This document shows, piece after piece, positions 23,348 to 36,663 of a stretch of 64,000 bases of DNA. The notes beneath the pieces were generated by a model that saw only the letters and a program-made list of their open reading frames with translations, ran no database searches and was not told the DNA's origin. Within the stretch, counting starts at the first letter, position 1; each line of letters starts with the position of its first letter. The translations under genes and the position numbers were made by a program. The stretch is taken from assembly GCA_038087875.1 (NCBI GenBank), contig CM075982.1:63302001-63366000 (forward strand). The letters are read 5' to 3'. This DNA comes from Malacoraja senta (lineage: Eukaryota).

Positions 23348-25063
23348 TTAGAATCCGAAAGTAATCCAGTGCGGAAACAGACCCTTCGGCCCAACTTGTC
23401 CACATCGGCCAACATGTCCCAGCAACACTAGCCTCACCTACCCGCATATGGTCCATATTGCTCCAAACTTGTCCTATCCATGTACCTGTCTAACTGCTTC
23501 TTAAACGTTGGGATAGTCCCAGCCTCAACTACCTCCTCTGGCAGCTTGTTCCATACACCCACCGTCCTGTGTGATAGGTTACACCTCAGATTCCTATTAA
23601 ATCTTTTCCCCTTCACCTTATACCCATGTGCTCTGGTCCTCGATTCACCTATTCTGGGCAAGAGAATCTGTGCATCAGGCACATGCCGTCAGGGTAGGCA
23701 AGGTAGGCACTGCCTACCCTGATTAAAATTATAAATTGGTAATTATTAAATATAAATAGTAAAGGCATGGGAGAATTATGCCTACCTAAGAGATCGATCT
23801 CTTAGGTAGGCATAATTCTCCCGTGCCTTTCATCCGCAGTACATGTAACACGCGAAAGTATGTGCAGCTCACGTGCCGTCAGCGCTGCTTCCAGCCTTCA
23901 CGACAAGGGGAGCTGAAGGCAGCTGAAATGCTGCCTTTGCACCGTGGACTGCGCATGCGCAGCAGCCTACTGTGCATGTGCAGCGCAAGTTTCAAACATG
24001 GATTGTCATTATCCATGTTTGAAACAGCTTACTCCTGTGTCAGCGCGATCAAGGGACCAATTGAGGTTACTCGCGCTGACACAGAAGTAAGCTCCACCGC
24101 CCACTGTCCTGTTATCCATCGCCTGCTGACCCGCTCTTGAGCTGGTCCCCTCACTCTCCGGTCTACATTGAAAGACACGGACTGGGCAGTGAATGCCATG
24201 CAGTGTCACCCAGAGCAGCAAGTGAGGCCATGTCCTGCTCCCGGCGGCAGTTGGAATTTAAGGATTTGCCAGGAAACGGCTGACATGAGCGAGGCCGGCG
24301 AGCGGCAGGTGAGAGATATTCAGACGGAGAGCACTGCCAGAGGTGAGCGGGCCGGCAGAAGGCGCCGAGGTGGCGGCCAGTTCCGCTATCCGGTTCCGGC
24401 GGCCGTTCACAGCCACCCGAGCTACTTCCCTCCCTGGACACAATGCGGCGGCTCCGCGCCCGGAGCGCTGCGGCAGCAGTGAGTGAGTTTCTGGCATGAT
24501 CCCCGACCCCCTCCTTCTAAACACTCCTGAACTCCCCGCAACTTTACCCCTGGCCAGACTCCCCACATGCTGTGAAAGGAACTCTCCCCCCAATTGGTCC
24601 CTTGAACTAGTATTGTCATTCAATAAGATCACAACCGATACAACTTGTCCCGGTGTGCTCCCGTTTTTCCCATCTCTCCACCTGCTGTCACCCTCACCCC
24701 CCACCCATTCAGTAATTCAGAATGAAGGAGATTTAGAAGCCTTGGGCAAATTGAATTGTTACTTTATTTAAAAAAAAAATAAAATTTGAGCATGAGAAAT
24801 TATATGTTCCGCCAGCCTTCTTTCAAAATTTAGCAACTCAAAATGGGGATGCATCTTCATTGCCGGGAAATACGGTACTTTATTAAGCGATATGGGTTTT
24901 GAAGTCGACTGACAGCTTATGGAGAGGAGAACAATCTGTGCATGCGCGGTTTAAGATTTTTTTTAAGCCGACTGACTGCCTACCCTGAGTAATTACTCAC
25001 GGCACGTGCCTGCTGTGCATCTACCTGATCTATTCCTCTCATGATTTTATACACCTCTATAAG
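23348..25063 (-). mobile_element. CR1-like LINE 3' fragment (23348-23675 and 25013-25063) split by the hAT insertion
   Basis: ORF 23434-23682 encodes SRTRAHGYKVKGKRF...WNKLPEEVVEAG; sequence resumes after the TSD. Confidence 0.8.
23676..25012. mobile_element. Non-autonomous hAT DNA transposon (1337 bp)
   Basis: 8-bp TSD ctgtgcat at 23668-23675 and 25013-25020; TIR CAGGCACRTGCCGT; subterminal tgcctaccctga motifs at both ends. Confidence 0.88.
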
Positions 25064-25172
25064 AACAAAATTGTTGAAGTAATATTTAATATGGGTGAGG
25101 GCATGCAAGTTTCTTTATTAATGCAAGCTCTTTGGTAACAACCAAACCAAAAAACGAAACTGGAATGCTCAC

Positions 25173-25334
25173 TTGTACGGAAGGATCTCCCATGATGAAT
25201 TTTGCCCCTTCAATAATAGCCATGTAGGAAAAACGCATCTGATCAGCTGTTTGAATGAGACCCATACGATACTTTCTCATCTCTAATAAAACTTGCTTAA
25301 CATCCACAGACAAAGGTTCTTTCCGTTTATCCAT
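25173..25334 (-). CDS. PTPN1: PTPN1 exon 7, Q-loop ([11 protein letters not shown]...[15 protein letters not shown]...MGDPSVQ)
   Basis: tgacag acceptor, gtgagc donor; 162 nt; QTADQ is the PTP1B-type Q-loop. Confidence 0.97.
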
Positions 25335-25696
25335 CTGTCAAGAAACATTAAACCAATATTAAGAATAAAAATTATAGTCGAGTGCTCAATTTCAATTTCT
25401 AAAACATTCTAGCTTGATGGCAGATAGGAACAAGAAGGAAATTGGCAATGGTCAAGGAGCACCACATATGAATACATAGAAGAGTGAGTGTTTAAGTGTA
25501 AGGGATGGAGGCCAAGATTACAACAGGATCAAACACCCAATTCTAACAACGGGCAATCATATAACTCCTAATGCTACAATGTCTGTAACTTTCAGGCTGT
25601 GCAATAATGCCCATAAAACCATTTTCTGAACTTGAAAAATGTGTCATAAATTGCCAACTTTGTAGACACGAGTATTCACTCGCTGGAATTAGTATC

Positions 25697-26270
25697 ATCT
25701 TGGCAGTCCCTTAAATTGAGGATGACTTGTTCCACTCCATTTTGTGGGAGCTGAAGTGGCAAGGTTGGAACTACAGGCTCTTCCACAGATGGAGCATCAG
25801 CCTCCTGATGGGGCACATAGTGGGATAGCTTGGGATGGTGCACTGTTTTGGGTGGGATTTTAGTCTGCTCCCAATGAGTGGCTTGAGGTTCTCAACGTCA
25901 TTCAAATTATCCTTCTCTACTTTGAGCTGTCATGGGTCAGAGACTCCTAGCAACCGGAAGAGTTATTGCATTTCAAGGAGGCTTGCGGTGCATTCTTGAA
26001 GCTTTTGTTCTATCAGCTTGGCAATCTCCTACCATGACAGAGCTTGCGATAGTTTTGGCTTTGAAGGTCTGTTTAGCCTAGCCAACAAAGCCACTAAGTG
26101 TAAACGTGGCCTCAATGCTGGGGTGTTGTTTTGGGAAGAGGACTGTGATGTTGGTTTCTTCATCATTCCAGTGAATTTGGGGGATATTGTGGAGACAGCT
26201 TCAGTGGTATTTTTCCAATGCCCCGAGATGCCAGGTGTAAATAGTCCAAGCCTCAGAAATACAAGTAAAT
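25697..26270 (-). mobile_element. Decayed RTE-clade LINE 3' fragment
   Basis: Minus strand encodes LEKYH.SCLHNIPQIHWNDEETNITVL...PSIEA, similar to RTE ORF C-termini. Confidence 0.65.
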
Positions 26271-26654
26271 CAAACAACTTTTTTCCCCAGAGATAGGTTC
26301 ATGAACAAATTAGATGTATTATTTTAGTGGAGACTTTCAAACAAGCCATTGCTTGGAGTAACTGCCACCTGCATTGTTTCCCCCCTTATTTTCCTAGTTT
26401 AGAAATGTTTACTGGTTGATAATATTACATTATTCCCCCTGAAAAAAAAGAAGAAAATATATATATAATGTACTGCTGGGAATTCAGCTGTTTTTCTTCA
26501 TATCAACTGTTTGTACAGGAAAAGCAGTTTATCATTTGACTGGTAAACTTCCTTCCATGTGTGCAGCAACATACCACAGATATTTAGAGTAATAATGTTA
26601 CACTCAAAGTCAGCCTCAACCATTTATAATATTGTTGTATTTTTAAGCTTTTTA

Positions 26655-26909
<255 letters not shown>

Positions 26910-27852
26910 CTAAATAAGTAGACACACAAAATGAAAGAATAAATACAACCAGGCATTGAAATGGATTAGTGATAATTTTACCATTGAAGTACATGCACAT
27001 ATCCCAAAGCATTTAAAATAAATTAATGTTATTACGCAAACTGAACTAAAATACATTTGTCTTATGAAAACTAATGTTCTTTAATTATAGAAATTAAAAT
27101 GCAATACCTACAAGTGCAAAAACGAATTTCCCCATTATATTCACATCAGTAGCTTTGTCATATTGTGTGTCCTGTACTCTACAAGTGGACAACTGCATCT
27201 CAAAAATCTTGTTCTGAGAATCAACTTTACTTATGGGAATGCTAAAGAAATACATTAAGAATGGAATGCTGAGTGTATGCCAAACTATTGGATTAGTATA
27301 GTCTTAACACATCTTGGAGACCATTAGTCTCTAGAATTACTTTTACCTAATTTATAACATGCCATCTATGTTATGGATTAATGCATGGGGCATTATAAGC
27401 TTCATAACAGAAAATAAATTGGACTTCGTGAAATTGAATAGAACTATGTTTATAGTTAAACGATCACAATCTTTTACTTTCCAGATTGGTCACCTTAACT
27501 ATTAAAATGAAAAAATTACAAAAACATACTTAGTCATTTTTATGAAAAAAAATCTAAGAAACTGCATGTTGTAAATCTGAAATAAAAACAAAAATGCAGG
27601 ACAAACTCATGCAGATCAAGGAGCATCTGTGGAAAGAGAAACAGTTCAGCTTTCAGGTCAGAGGCGTTCATCAGAATCAGCACTTTTTACGATGTCTGGT
27701 TAAAACACTTTGTCGCAAATAAAGTGAATGTGGCCACTAATTTACTCATAGTAAGACCCACAAATGACAAGATGCTTCTGGTGATTCTGGTTCAGGATTA
27801 AAGACTGACCTGAAAAATCCTGTACTTCAAATATTTGCGAAGGATTTATTTT

Positions 27853-28027
27853 TCATAGAAACATAGAAAATAGGTGCAGGAGGAGGCCATTCGGCCCTTC
27901 GAGCCAGCACCGCCATTCATTGTGATCATGGCTGATCGTCCCCTATCAATAACCCGTGCCTGCCTTCTCCCCATATCCCTTGACTCCACTAGCCCCTAGA
28001 GCTCTATCTAACTCTCTCTTAAATCCA
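27853..28027 (-). mobile_element. Young CR1-like LINE 3' end
   Basis: catagaaacatagaaaataggtgcaggag.aggccattcggcccttcgagcc, the reverse complement of the tail at about 870-950. Confidence 0.85.
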
Positions 28028-29520
28028 TGGTCCATGGACAGATATCAGTTCAATGCCTCATCCAAAATATCAGAATATCAGGTGGTTTTAAATTCCTCTG
28101 CACTGGGCAGTTAATACACCCAAAATCTTTGCAGCAGATCCAAATTGTGACTTTCTGATAAAAATTTGCTATTTGCCAAAGCAGATATCTACAGCTGGTT
28201 CTAATTAGGTAGGCATGAATCATAATTATATATTCCTTCCTGAGATTGAAATGGAGAGTTACATACTGGCTACATCAACAGTGCATGATCTGAACTCAAA
28301 ATTATACACAAAAGCTTTTCTTCTAATTTATCAAATCATAAAAACAGTATATATTTTTTATATAATGGTACTTAGAGACTTGGTGCCTATTTATCAGTTG
28401 CAAGAAAGGTGTTTCTGTCAGTCACTTTATTCCATACAAAAATAACTGAGCCACAGTTTTCAGCCAGATTCTAAATTTAAAAATGGGGTTCAATCTTTCA
28501 GTACTTCTGTCGTATAACAACCTGCCATGTTCAGTTTTCACAAAGTGCTGGAGTAACGCAGCAGGTCAGTACTGCCTCTCCAGTATTTTGCATCAACCTT
28601 TGGTATAAACTAGCATCTGCAGTTCCTTCCATCACATGTTCAGTTTTCAAATATTTATCCAGTTCCAAAGATCCAATTAATGCTTTTTCCATCTGTTTCT
28701 AATGGGCTATTGCATATTAAATAACAGAGATGGCTTCTTTTGTCCGAGATGCTGAAGGAAAATTTAAATGAAATTGTTTTGGGAAATGCTAAAGACAACA
28801 GCATTCAAAGAACAGGGGTCTTCATTCTTAATCTATGAATCAACGTCAGAAAAATTGATTAACTTGGCTAATTCACAAAATAACATACATTCGTGCATGT
28901 CCCATTTGCTGTTCCTTTAAATTTACTTAAAGTATATGAATTAAAAAAAAAAAATCAATACCCATGAAAGCTTAATCTAATCTGCTACTGGCCACAAATT
29001 GAGAAACTAATTCAAAGAAATGGTTTTCAGTGTAATCCAATTGCCATTTTCTAGGATTAATAATAGTTGTGTGTACACAGATATTTGGTCTGAGAGTCTC
29101 AAAATAAAAACCCCAGATACATTGTTCCAAAAGATACCTATCTAATGCATCAAAAGATCTATCATTCCTGGTTCATTATAATAGAAGACAATGAGCAATG
29201 CATTTGATTTCTTGTTGACTAATTCTGACAGAAATAAATAGTTTTCTTCTGTGTTACCTCTGCACACGCTCTTGCATCAACCAGCACAGGAAACCCTTTA
29301 CATTTGCTAAGCTTGAAAGATTAACATTTTATTAATTGTGAGTTTGGACATCTGCAAACAGCATAATTATGAGATATTAAATGGTTTCAACTAACTTTGG
29401 TCACCCTTTCCCTTCTTGATATTCTGCAGTGGGAATTAAGGCAATACTATTAACTGTAAAGGATTTTAAACAATAAAAAAGTTACAAAAATCAAGATTAA
29501 ATATTTGTTGATGCACTTAC

Positions 29521-29658
29521 TGCAAGGTTTTCAACCTCCAACTGACGTACTGTGTAGTATGATTTTACGTCTTCTGAAATCAATGTTAACTTGAAGTGTG
29601 TGTCTGGAAAAACCATGTCCACTTCTTCCTTACTTGGCCAGTACTTTGCACATTTTAC
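29521..29658 (-). CDS. PTPN1: PTPN1 exon 5 ([46 protein letters not shown])
   Basis: ttccag acceptor, gtaagt donor; 138 nt; KCxxYWP and [11 protein letters not shown] motifs. Confidence 0.96.
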
Positions 29659-29939
29659 CTGGAATTACAAAATGTCTGGATAAATTGGCATGACCTTGTA
29701 ACCGACATTCAAACGTTCTAATTTTCGAAGTGAACTAACACAGCATTATTATATTAAGTTTCAATAAAGCACAGTCTTACTGCCAAACTAGCTCTGACAT
29801 TCAATAAATATTTTTATTTCTGGCTGGAAAATACATTTACGAAATAATTACATTTTATGCAGTTATTTTTTATGCACCAAATCACTTAAGAAGCTCTTGA
29901 TGCAATGATATTTATCCATCCTTTCTAAAAAAAGTATTG

Positions 29940-30170
29940 TATCCGTGGGGAGTTAGCATGTTCCGTGTGGGTTTCCCTGTGACCGTGTGGGTTTCCTCTG
30001 GGTAGTCCGATTTCCTCCCACATCCAAAAGATGTGCTGGTATGTGGCCTCTGTAAAAATACATTTTGCTCCTAATGTGTAGGGAATCGATGAGAAAGTGG
30101 GATCAATGGTCAATGTGGACACGGTGGGCCGAAGAGTTTGTTTCCTTGCTGTATCTCCAAAATTAAAACT
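29940..30170 (+). mobile_element. V-SINE fragment
   Basis: V-domain gtgaccgtgtgggtttcctctgggtagtccgatttcctcccacatccaaaaga plus gggccgaa tail. Confidence 0.7.
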
Positions 30171-30872
30171 TTAGAGACTGCTTATCGATAAAATAAATTT
30201 AATTTAGTATAAGAAATAAAGCCTTGCTCTTCACAGAAGAGTACAGCACTAGTAATGGTTCTATCCAAGAATAGGGATATGGACATTAAGTAGCAGTAAT
30301 GGTACTTAAGTGGGAACGACTCTGGGGTCTGAAGCCATGCCTGAGGATTACTTAATGAAATTAGAACAAATTTGGCTGTTTCTTTGCATAATTGACTGCC
30401 TACAATCCAACACCAAATTGAAAAAAGGAAAGAACATATGCAGGTCGTCCCATTATCAGGTTAACATATGCAGGTCGTCCCATTATTAGACATTTCGTTT
30501 GGACCTCAACGGGGTCCAAATGACAAATAAATTGTATTGTATTGTAGTGTATTGTATTGTTCCTCTGTTAACAAATGGCAGAAGCACCAAAGTTATTTTC
30601 AGGCAGAGGAAGATAGATGCATATGATTACATTCAAACCTCAAGGCCTATTAATACCACGTGCCCTGGCAAAATAGCTTTTTGTTCCAATATAATGGTCT
30701 AAAGTAGTTCTTTCAGTCGCCATTATAATCAATCAAGACAGTAGATTAAACTACAATTAATTTTTTACTGCTGATTAATTTGATAAATTCCATATCTTAA
30801 CTGAAGATTCACATTTTCAACAACTCCACACAGCGCTTTATGAAATGAATGCAGATACATTCAACTACTTAC

Positions 30873-30971
30873 TGATCCCTTTTCAATTATTCTGTTGAGC
30901 ATCACCACTCCCCGAGACTTTTGCTCCCAAACCATGTCCCAGAAATGGCCACACGTATTTGGAAGAGGTCC
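30873..30971 (-). CDS. PTPN1: PTPN1 exon 4 ([33 protein letters not shown])
   Basis: ttttacag acceptor, gtaagt donor; 99 nt; FWxMVW and VVMLN motifs. Confidence 0.96.
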
Positions 30972-32592
30972 CTGTAAAAGCAACAGATTAATTTTTTTTG
31001 TATACTGCAGGCATACTCTGCCAATCCAAGATACAAAAAACTTTATCGTTATCCAATTTACGAGCAGGCAGCTCGAACATAAAAACTGATATTTAGAAAC
31101 TTTAAGAATGATAGTGTAATGATAAGAAGAAGATGGGCTATAGAAAGGAGCAGTATAGGCACAAAATGATCAGGAGCGGAAATATTAAACTCAGCTCTTG
31201 TTAAAATAGGTACTAATTTACATAAAATTATAAGTATCTCAACATTTCCAGATCCAGAGTTTCATTCACATTTCTTCCATGCTGTGACATAGAATTACCA
31301 GTACAGAACATAGTTTGGGGGGATGAGAATGGGAATGGGAGACAGAAGAAAATAATGCAATGGTTGTCAAGTGGGAAAAAACTCTTTACAGATTACTAAA
31401 ATGCTGTTATGGATCATTCAACTGGATGGCACTCTGTATTTAGTGTTAGCTCCTTTGCTTCAGAACTTGCAGGCTAAACCCCTTACCTATAATCCAAGCC
31501 TGAAATTCTGCTACATTGCTGTAGGTATTCAAGTATGTAAAATATTGAAGTATAGATCTGTCTATATATTTTCAGAAGGACATTAAATATATCTCTAGAC
31601 ACAAAAACCATTGGTGTCAATGCTTAGACTGCAGGCAACATCACTATAACTAACAATCTGGTCATTTATCTCTCTAACATTCAAGGGATTTTGCTGTGTG
31701 GTTATTTATTACCATATTTCTTTGTCATACACGATAAGGGTACCCTTATCAGTAACGGCTACGGTGGCTATAAAGTTATAGTTTGTGGCTACAAAATATA
31801 GGGCTTGTGAAAGTTTATATAAAGACAAGCTTTATTTCTTTTAAACCAGGATTAAAATAAACTCACGCCATAGATAAACCATAATGATTTACATACAGCA
31901 CCCACCCCCAAGCACTAAGTTGGAAATTGTTAACAGACCACAGCAGCATCAAAAGCAATAGATCAGATTGGAGGAGCTTCATTGATTCCCTGTCTCACCT
32001 GGACGGGCAACTTGGGTCCCTGGCAGGTGGTGAAGGGACAAGGATTTGCATATATTTGTTTCTCCTATTCCGGGGAAAGAGCCAGGGGACAGTGAGGGCT
32101 AGTTCCATCCTCCCCCCCCCCCCCCCACACCTCCTTTTATTTTCATCCATCATCTCCCAGGTTCTTGTGTCACCTCTCCCTCTCACTTCTACACTACTTC
32201 TGCTTCACTGGCTATATTCCCTCTACATTCAGTACTGATGCAGGAGAATTTGTCAGTTTTCTCCTTCAATTGTCAGAGCCAGTGCAGAGCCAGAGTAGGT
32301 CCTTTCCAGACAATGCAGAAGAAATGAATGTCTTGAATTATAAACTCCTTGATTTCAATGGGGATTGGGGGTCTTTGTACTAGCAGCATAGGAAAATGTT
32401 ACATTTTCTTAAAAGTATTGCACGTTACATTTTAATGCCTTAAAATTTGTAAAGTGTTTTATTTATTTATGTTTAAACTGTTATTAAAATCCCTGCACAT
32501 TTCACAGCTGGCAAAGCCAGTTCTATGACTTTTCTACTGCCAAAGGGTTCAGATTCAGATATAGTTAATGATCATAAACACTAGGGTGCAAT

Positions 32593-32898
32593 GAATAGAC
32601 AATAGACAATAGGTGCAGGAGTAGGCCATTCGGCCCTTCGAGCCAGCCATTCACTGTGATCATGACTGATCATCCACAATCAGTACCCCATTCCTGCCTA
32701 CTCCCCATATCCTTTGACTCCGCTATCTTTAAGAGCTCAATCTCTCTCTCTCTCTCTCTTGAAAGCATCCAGAGAATCGGCCTCCACTGCCTTCTGAGGC
32801 AGATAATTCCACAAATTCACAACTCTCTGGGTGAAAAGGTTTTTCCTCATCTCCATTCTAAATGGCCTACCCCTTATTCTTAAACTGTGGCCCCTGGT
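32593..32898 (-). mobile_element. CR1-like LINE 3' end
   Basis: (aatagac)n tail then aataggtgcaggagtaggccattcggcc; reverse complement similar to 680-950. Confidence 0.85.
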
Positions 32899-33375
32899 TT
32901 TCTTGTTTGCTTGTTTATCTTGTTTGCATGAAGTTCAGAGTAAACAATATACTTTGTAATGATAGATATATAACAATAAATGCAACAATGAATGTAAAAC
33001 AGGTGAAAGATGCAAAGATTGAAGTGCAACCTATAAACAGCAAAATGGTACGGATATTGCAATGCAATTTGAGACATTGGAAATGCAAGGCAATTTGGGG
33101 AGCTCTAAATCTCCTGGATATTTAAATAACTCTGTTTTTCACAATTGGAAAGCAGTGTTATTTACTGCAGGCAACAATTCCGGGCAGAGGGACTGGGGTC
33201 AGGAAGATCTGTTCAATGGACCATCTCAGGTTCACTTTATATTTTGACCACTTATGCCAAATGTCCCATGTTTTGGAAAGGAAGTGAGAACCTGTGCAAT
33301 AATTAAATATTTAAAAAGACAATTTTTTTTAGAGATGATTATTTTTAACCATGTGCCGTACTCAAGAATACTGAC

Positions 33376-33476
33376 CTGAGTTAGAATGTAACTTCTTTGA
33401 GCCTCCTCCATTTTAATCAAGCTTGCATTAATGTAGTCATTATCACCCTGCTGCAGCTTTATTCGACTGTGATCAA
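33376..33476 (-). CDS. PTPN1: PTPN1 exon 3 ([34 protein letters not shown])
   Basis: polyT-aaag acceptor, gtcagt donor; 101 nt; DYINAS and YILTQ motifs. Confidence 0.96.
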
Positions 33477-34013
33477 CTTTAAAAAAAAACAAGAGCTGTG
33501 AGCATTCTATATCTGCTATATTTTTGGCAACAGAGGCACATGGGAAGTACCAATCAAGCTATTTGTAGCACAGAAAGGGTATAATATTAAATGGTCTGAT
33601 ATACATTTACTTTGTCGCAATACCACATTCTTTAGAAACAAGTATTTTATCTGGACATGAGAGAGGACCATTTTATAATCCTGCTAGGCACAACGCTGGA
33701 AATAGTTTGTATATCGTAGTTGCTTGGTTATGAGACAAAATGAAAGAAAAATCAGTGTACATGTAAAATTGAGAAGGCAACTCCTTCTAGTTTAATTAAA
33801 ACCAGAAAAATCATCAAAAATGGTCATTGTTCTACAGGTCAAGAAACACTCCTATATGGCAACTGAATATCCTCTATTAAAAAAAACTCAGCACAGAAAT
33901 GATGAAACGAGCACTTCTCTTTTTAACCAGTGGGGTGTGGTTTTAAAAAAAAAGAGAAGTGCCACAAGTATAAATAATGGCAGAAATTTGATAACTGCAT
34001 GTGAATTTATTTA

Positions 34014-34107
34014 AAGATAGACACAAAATGCTGGAGTAACTCAGCGGGACAGGCAGCATCCTTGAGTAGAAGGAATGAGTGACATTTCAGGTCAAGACCC
34101 TTCTTCA
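34014..34107 (-). repeat. Penelope pLTR solo copy
   Basis: aagatagacacaaaatgctggagtaactcagcgggacaggcagcat...gacccttcttca. Confidence 0.75.
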
Positions 34108-34419
34108 TTTATTTAATACAGTTTGCAGTTTAATTCAAAATTTAGTTTACAGATTAAAGTCCATCTCTTAATATCAGAATTAGATACTAATTCAACATTG
34201 CTCGAACAAAGTAAAACAATGTTCCTGTTAATATTGATACAGTAAGGGTAAATATGAGAGTCCAATATTGTCCCAGATCACAAGCAGGTTCTTATGCTTC
34301 TTCAAAATAACCTTAACATATCTTAATCCTACATTTGGCATGACGTTTTTTTTCTGTGGCCTGTGTTTAAAACCAGGATGCAATTTCCTGGAGTTGTTGG
34401 CTGCACAAAATAAAAGATA

Positions 34420-34562
34420 CCCATCTCTCTACATCATTGTCTATATCTCTTGTTTCCCTTTCCCCTAACTAGTCTGACGAAGGGTCTCGACCCAAAACGT
34501 CACCCATTCCTTCTCTCCAGAGATGCTGCCTGTCCCACTGAGATACTCCAGCATTTTGTGTT
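34420..34562 (+). repeat. Penelope pLTR with hammerhead-like core
   Basis: CTGACGA (34474-34480), a, gggt-ctcg-accc stem-loop, aaaac, GTC. Confidence 0.75.
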
Positions 34563-36136
34563 TACTCATCTAGGAAAATGGGGATTGGAAAAATCCATTA
34601 ATCTCAGATTGATTTCTGATTGATGTTCTGTAGTCCTGCTTTGGACTACAGAACATTATCTGTTTATTTATGTGTATATTGAATTGAACTGAACTGTTCT
34701 GTATTTATGCTTACAATATGCTGTCGTGCTGCAGCAAGCAAGAATTGCATTGTCCTATCTGGGACACATGACAATAAACTCTCTTGACGTCTTGAATAAT
34801 TTTATCTCGCTCCAACAATCTAACCTATCTTATGCACCATTTCTTCATCTGGCTCTTACACTTTACAATTAACTTGTCATGATTTAACCCAGAATGTTTC
34901 CTATGTACAATTTGAACATCTCGTGTCCTGTTTTCACTCTTTTCTATAATGTCTCATATTGGCATTCATATTATTAATGCTATTTCCTCACCAAATGTAC
35001 TCAATTCCTCATTTATTTTTCAATTTTAAAACAACACCTCAGTAACACAACAAAATGGCAAGGGTTTGGCATGATTCAACGACCAGACCAAGAATGGGTA
35101 TTTAGAAACCACTGGAACACAGCACAACATGGAATGAAGCAAGGAAGAGGGCATCAGTCAGAAGTGGAAGGGAGTCAGCTAGGTACAAGAGAGGGTCTAG
35201 AGAGACCTAGCTTGTACTTGCGAGTACTTGTGTTTTAGTTTTACTAAAGACTGGAGCGATTTGCAAATGCAAAGGGCCTTAATCTGCATCCCAAGATAAC
35301 TAGACCTAGGGAATTTGACACAATATTTCATCACAAGAAAACAAAGAGAAAGTGCAAAGGCAGTATATTTTGATTTTCAGAAGGGATTTGGTAAGGCACC
35401 CAGACCGTACACAAATGTGAAAATAACGACTGATGAGTTATGGTAATAACAATAAGGGAATATATATATATATTTTTTACAGGAATTACTTTTTTTCATG
35501 CGTCTATTATAATTCAATGCTTTCACTCTTTACTTGGAATATGGGTTGGGCTGGAGCATTGGGGGTGGCTGTAGGGAAAACATGGTCACTAAAACATCGT
35601 TACATTTGGGTAACTACATGGATAGGAAAAGCTTTGCCAATTGCAGGCAGGTGGGACTAGCATAGATGGGGCATCTTGGTCAGCAAGGGCAAGTTGGGCG
35701 AAAGGACCTGTTTTCATTCTATACGATTCTGATTCTGTAAAAAGGAACTTCATATTTTTTCATGGCAACCGTTGGAACAATGAAATGAAAGAGTACACTA
35801 CACATTTGTAACTCTTGATCTTTTTGCACAAAAACGCAAAGTTGAAAGATTACAAAACCCTTTTAATAGCTGTCAAACAAGGCTGCTTTTAAAAACAATA
35901 CTTTCCATTTTTTTCCTTTTTGAAAAGAAACCCTTATGTCACAACCAGCATCTGACAGGACACAACTTCCACTGACTTAAAACACCACTAAAGTTCTTTA
36001 ACCTTGCCACACTTTAAAACAATCCAATTGCTCAGCCTTTTCACAATCTAATCAATTTTCAGCTGAGCTTTAAATCTGAATGTCATGTCTCTGGTACATT
36101 CATGTCTAAACAACTGTCCTCATTCACGCCAACTTA

Positions 36137-36663
36137 AGGGCCTGTCCCACCAGCATGCGATTGCATGCGTCTAGCGCGACCAAACGTGGTCGCTTGAGGC
36201 GTATGGCCGCGCGGGGCCGGTCCCACTTCGAACCGCGGAGGTGTATGGAGTTGTGCGGGGCTGGTCCTGACATCATACTCACCAATCAGCTGGGCAGGAG
36301 GCGGGCCGACTGAATTTGGACGTTGCACGGCGTCGGGTGGTGACGTCTTCACGTAACGGCACGCCGGGCGGAGACATCATCGCGCAACGCCACGCGCTAG
36401 GCGTACGGCGTCAAGACGTTGCGAACGCCGTCAAGACGCTGCGTACGCCCTCAATGCGCCTGCGGGCCGACAGGCCATGGGCGCGCGGAATTTTCGGACA
36501 GTGCAGGATTTTCGGAGCCCTGCGCGAAGCCGGGTCCAGCCCCGCACAACTCCATACGCCTCCGCAGTTCGAAGTGGGACCTGCCCCGCACGACCGTACG
36601 CCTCAAGTGACCATGTTTGGTCGCGCTAGGCGCATGCAATCGCATGCTGGTGGGACAGGCCCT
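36137..36663. mobile_element. PIF/Harbinger-type MITE (527 bp, about 130-bp TIRs)
   Basis: TTA duplication at 36134-36136 and 36664-36666; ends AGGGCCTGTCCCAC...GTGGGACAGGCCCT; long inverted arms explain the mirrored ORFs. Confidence 0.88.

Noticed and set aside
30433-30487. 30-bp-period tandem duplication (aacatatgcaggtcgtcccattat twice)
   Set aside because: Only two units with no spacer array; a simple local duplication, not CRISPR-like.
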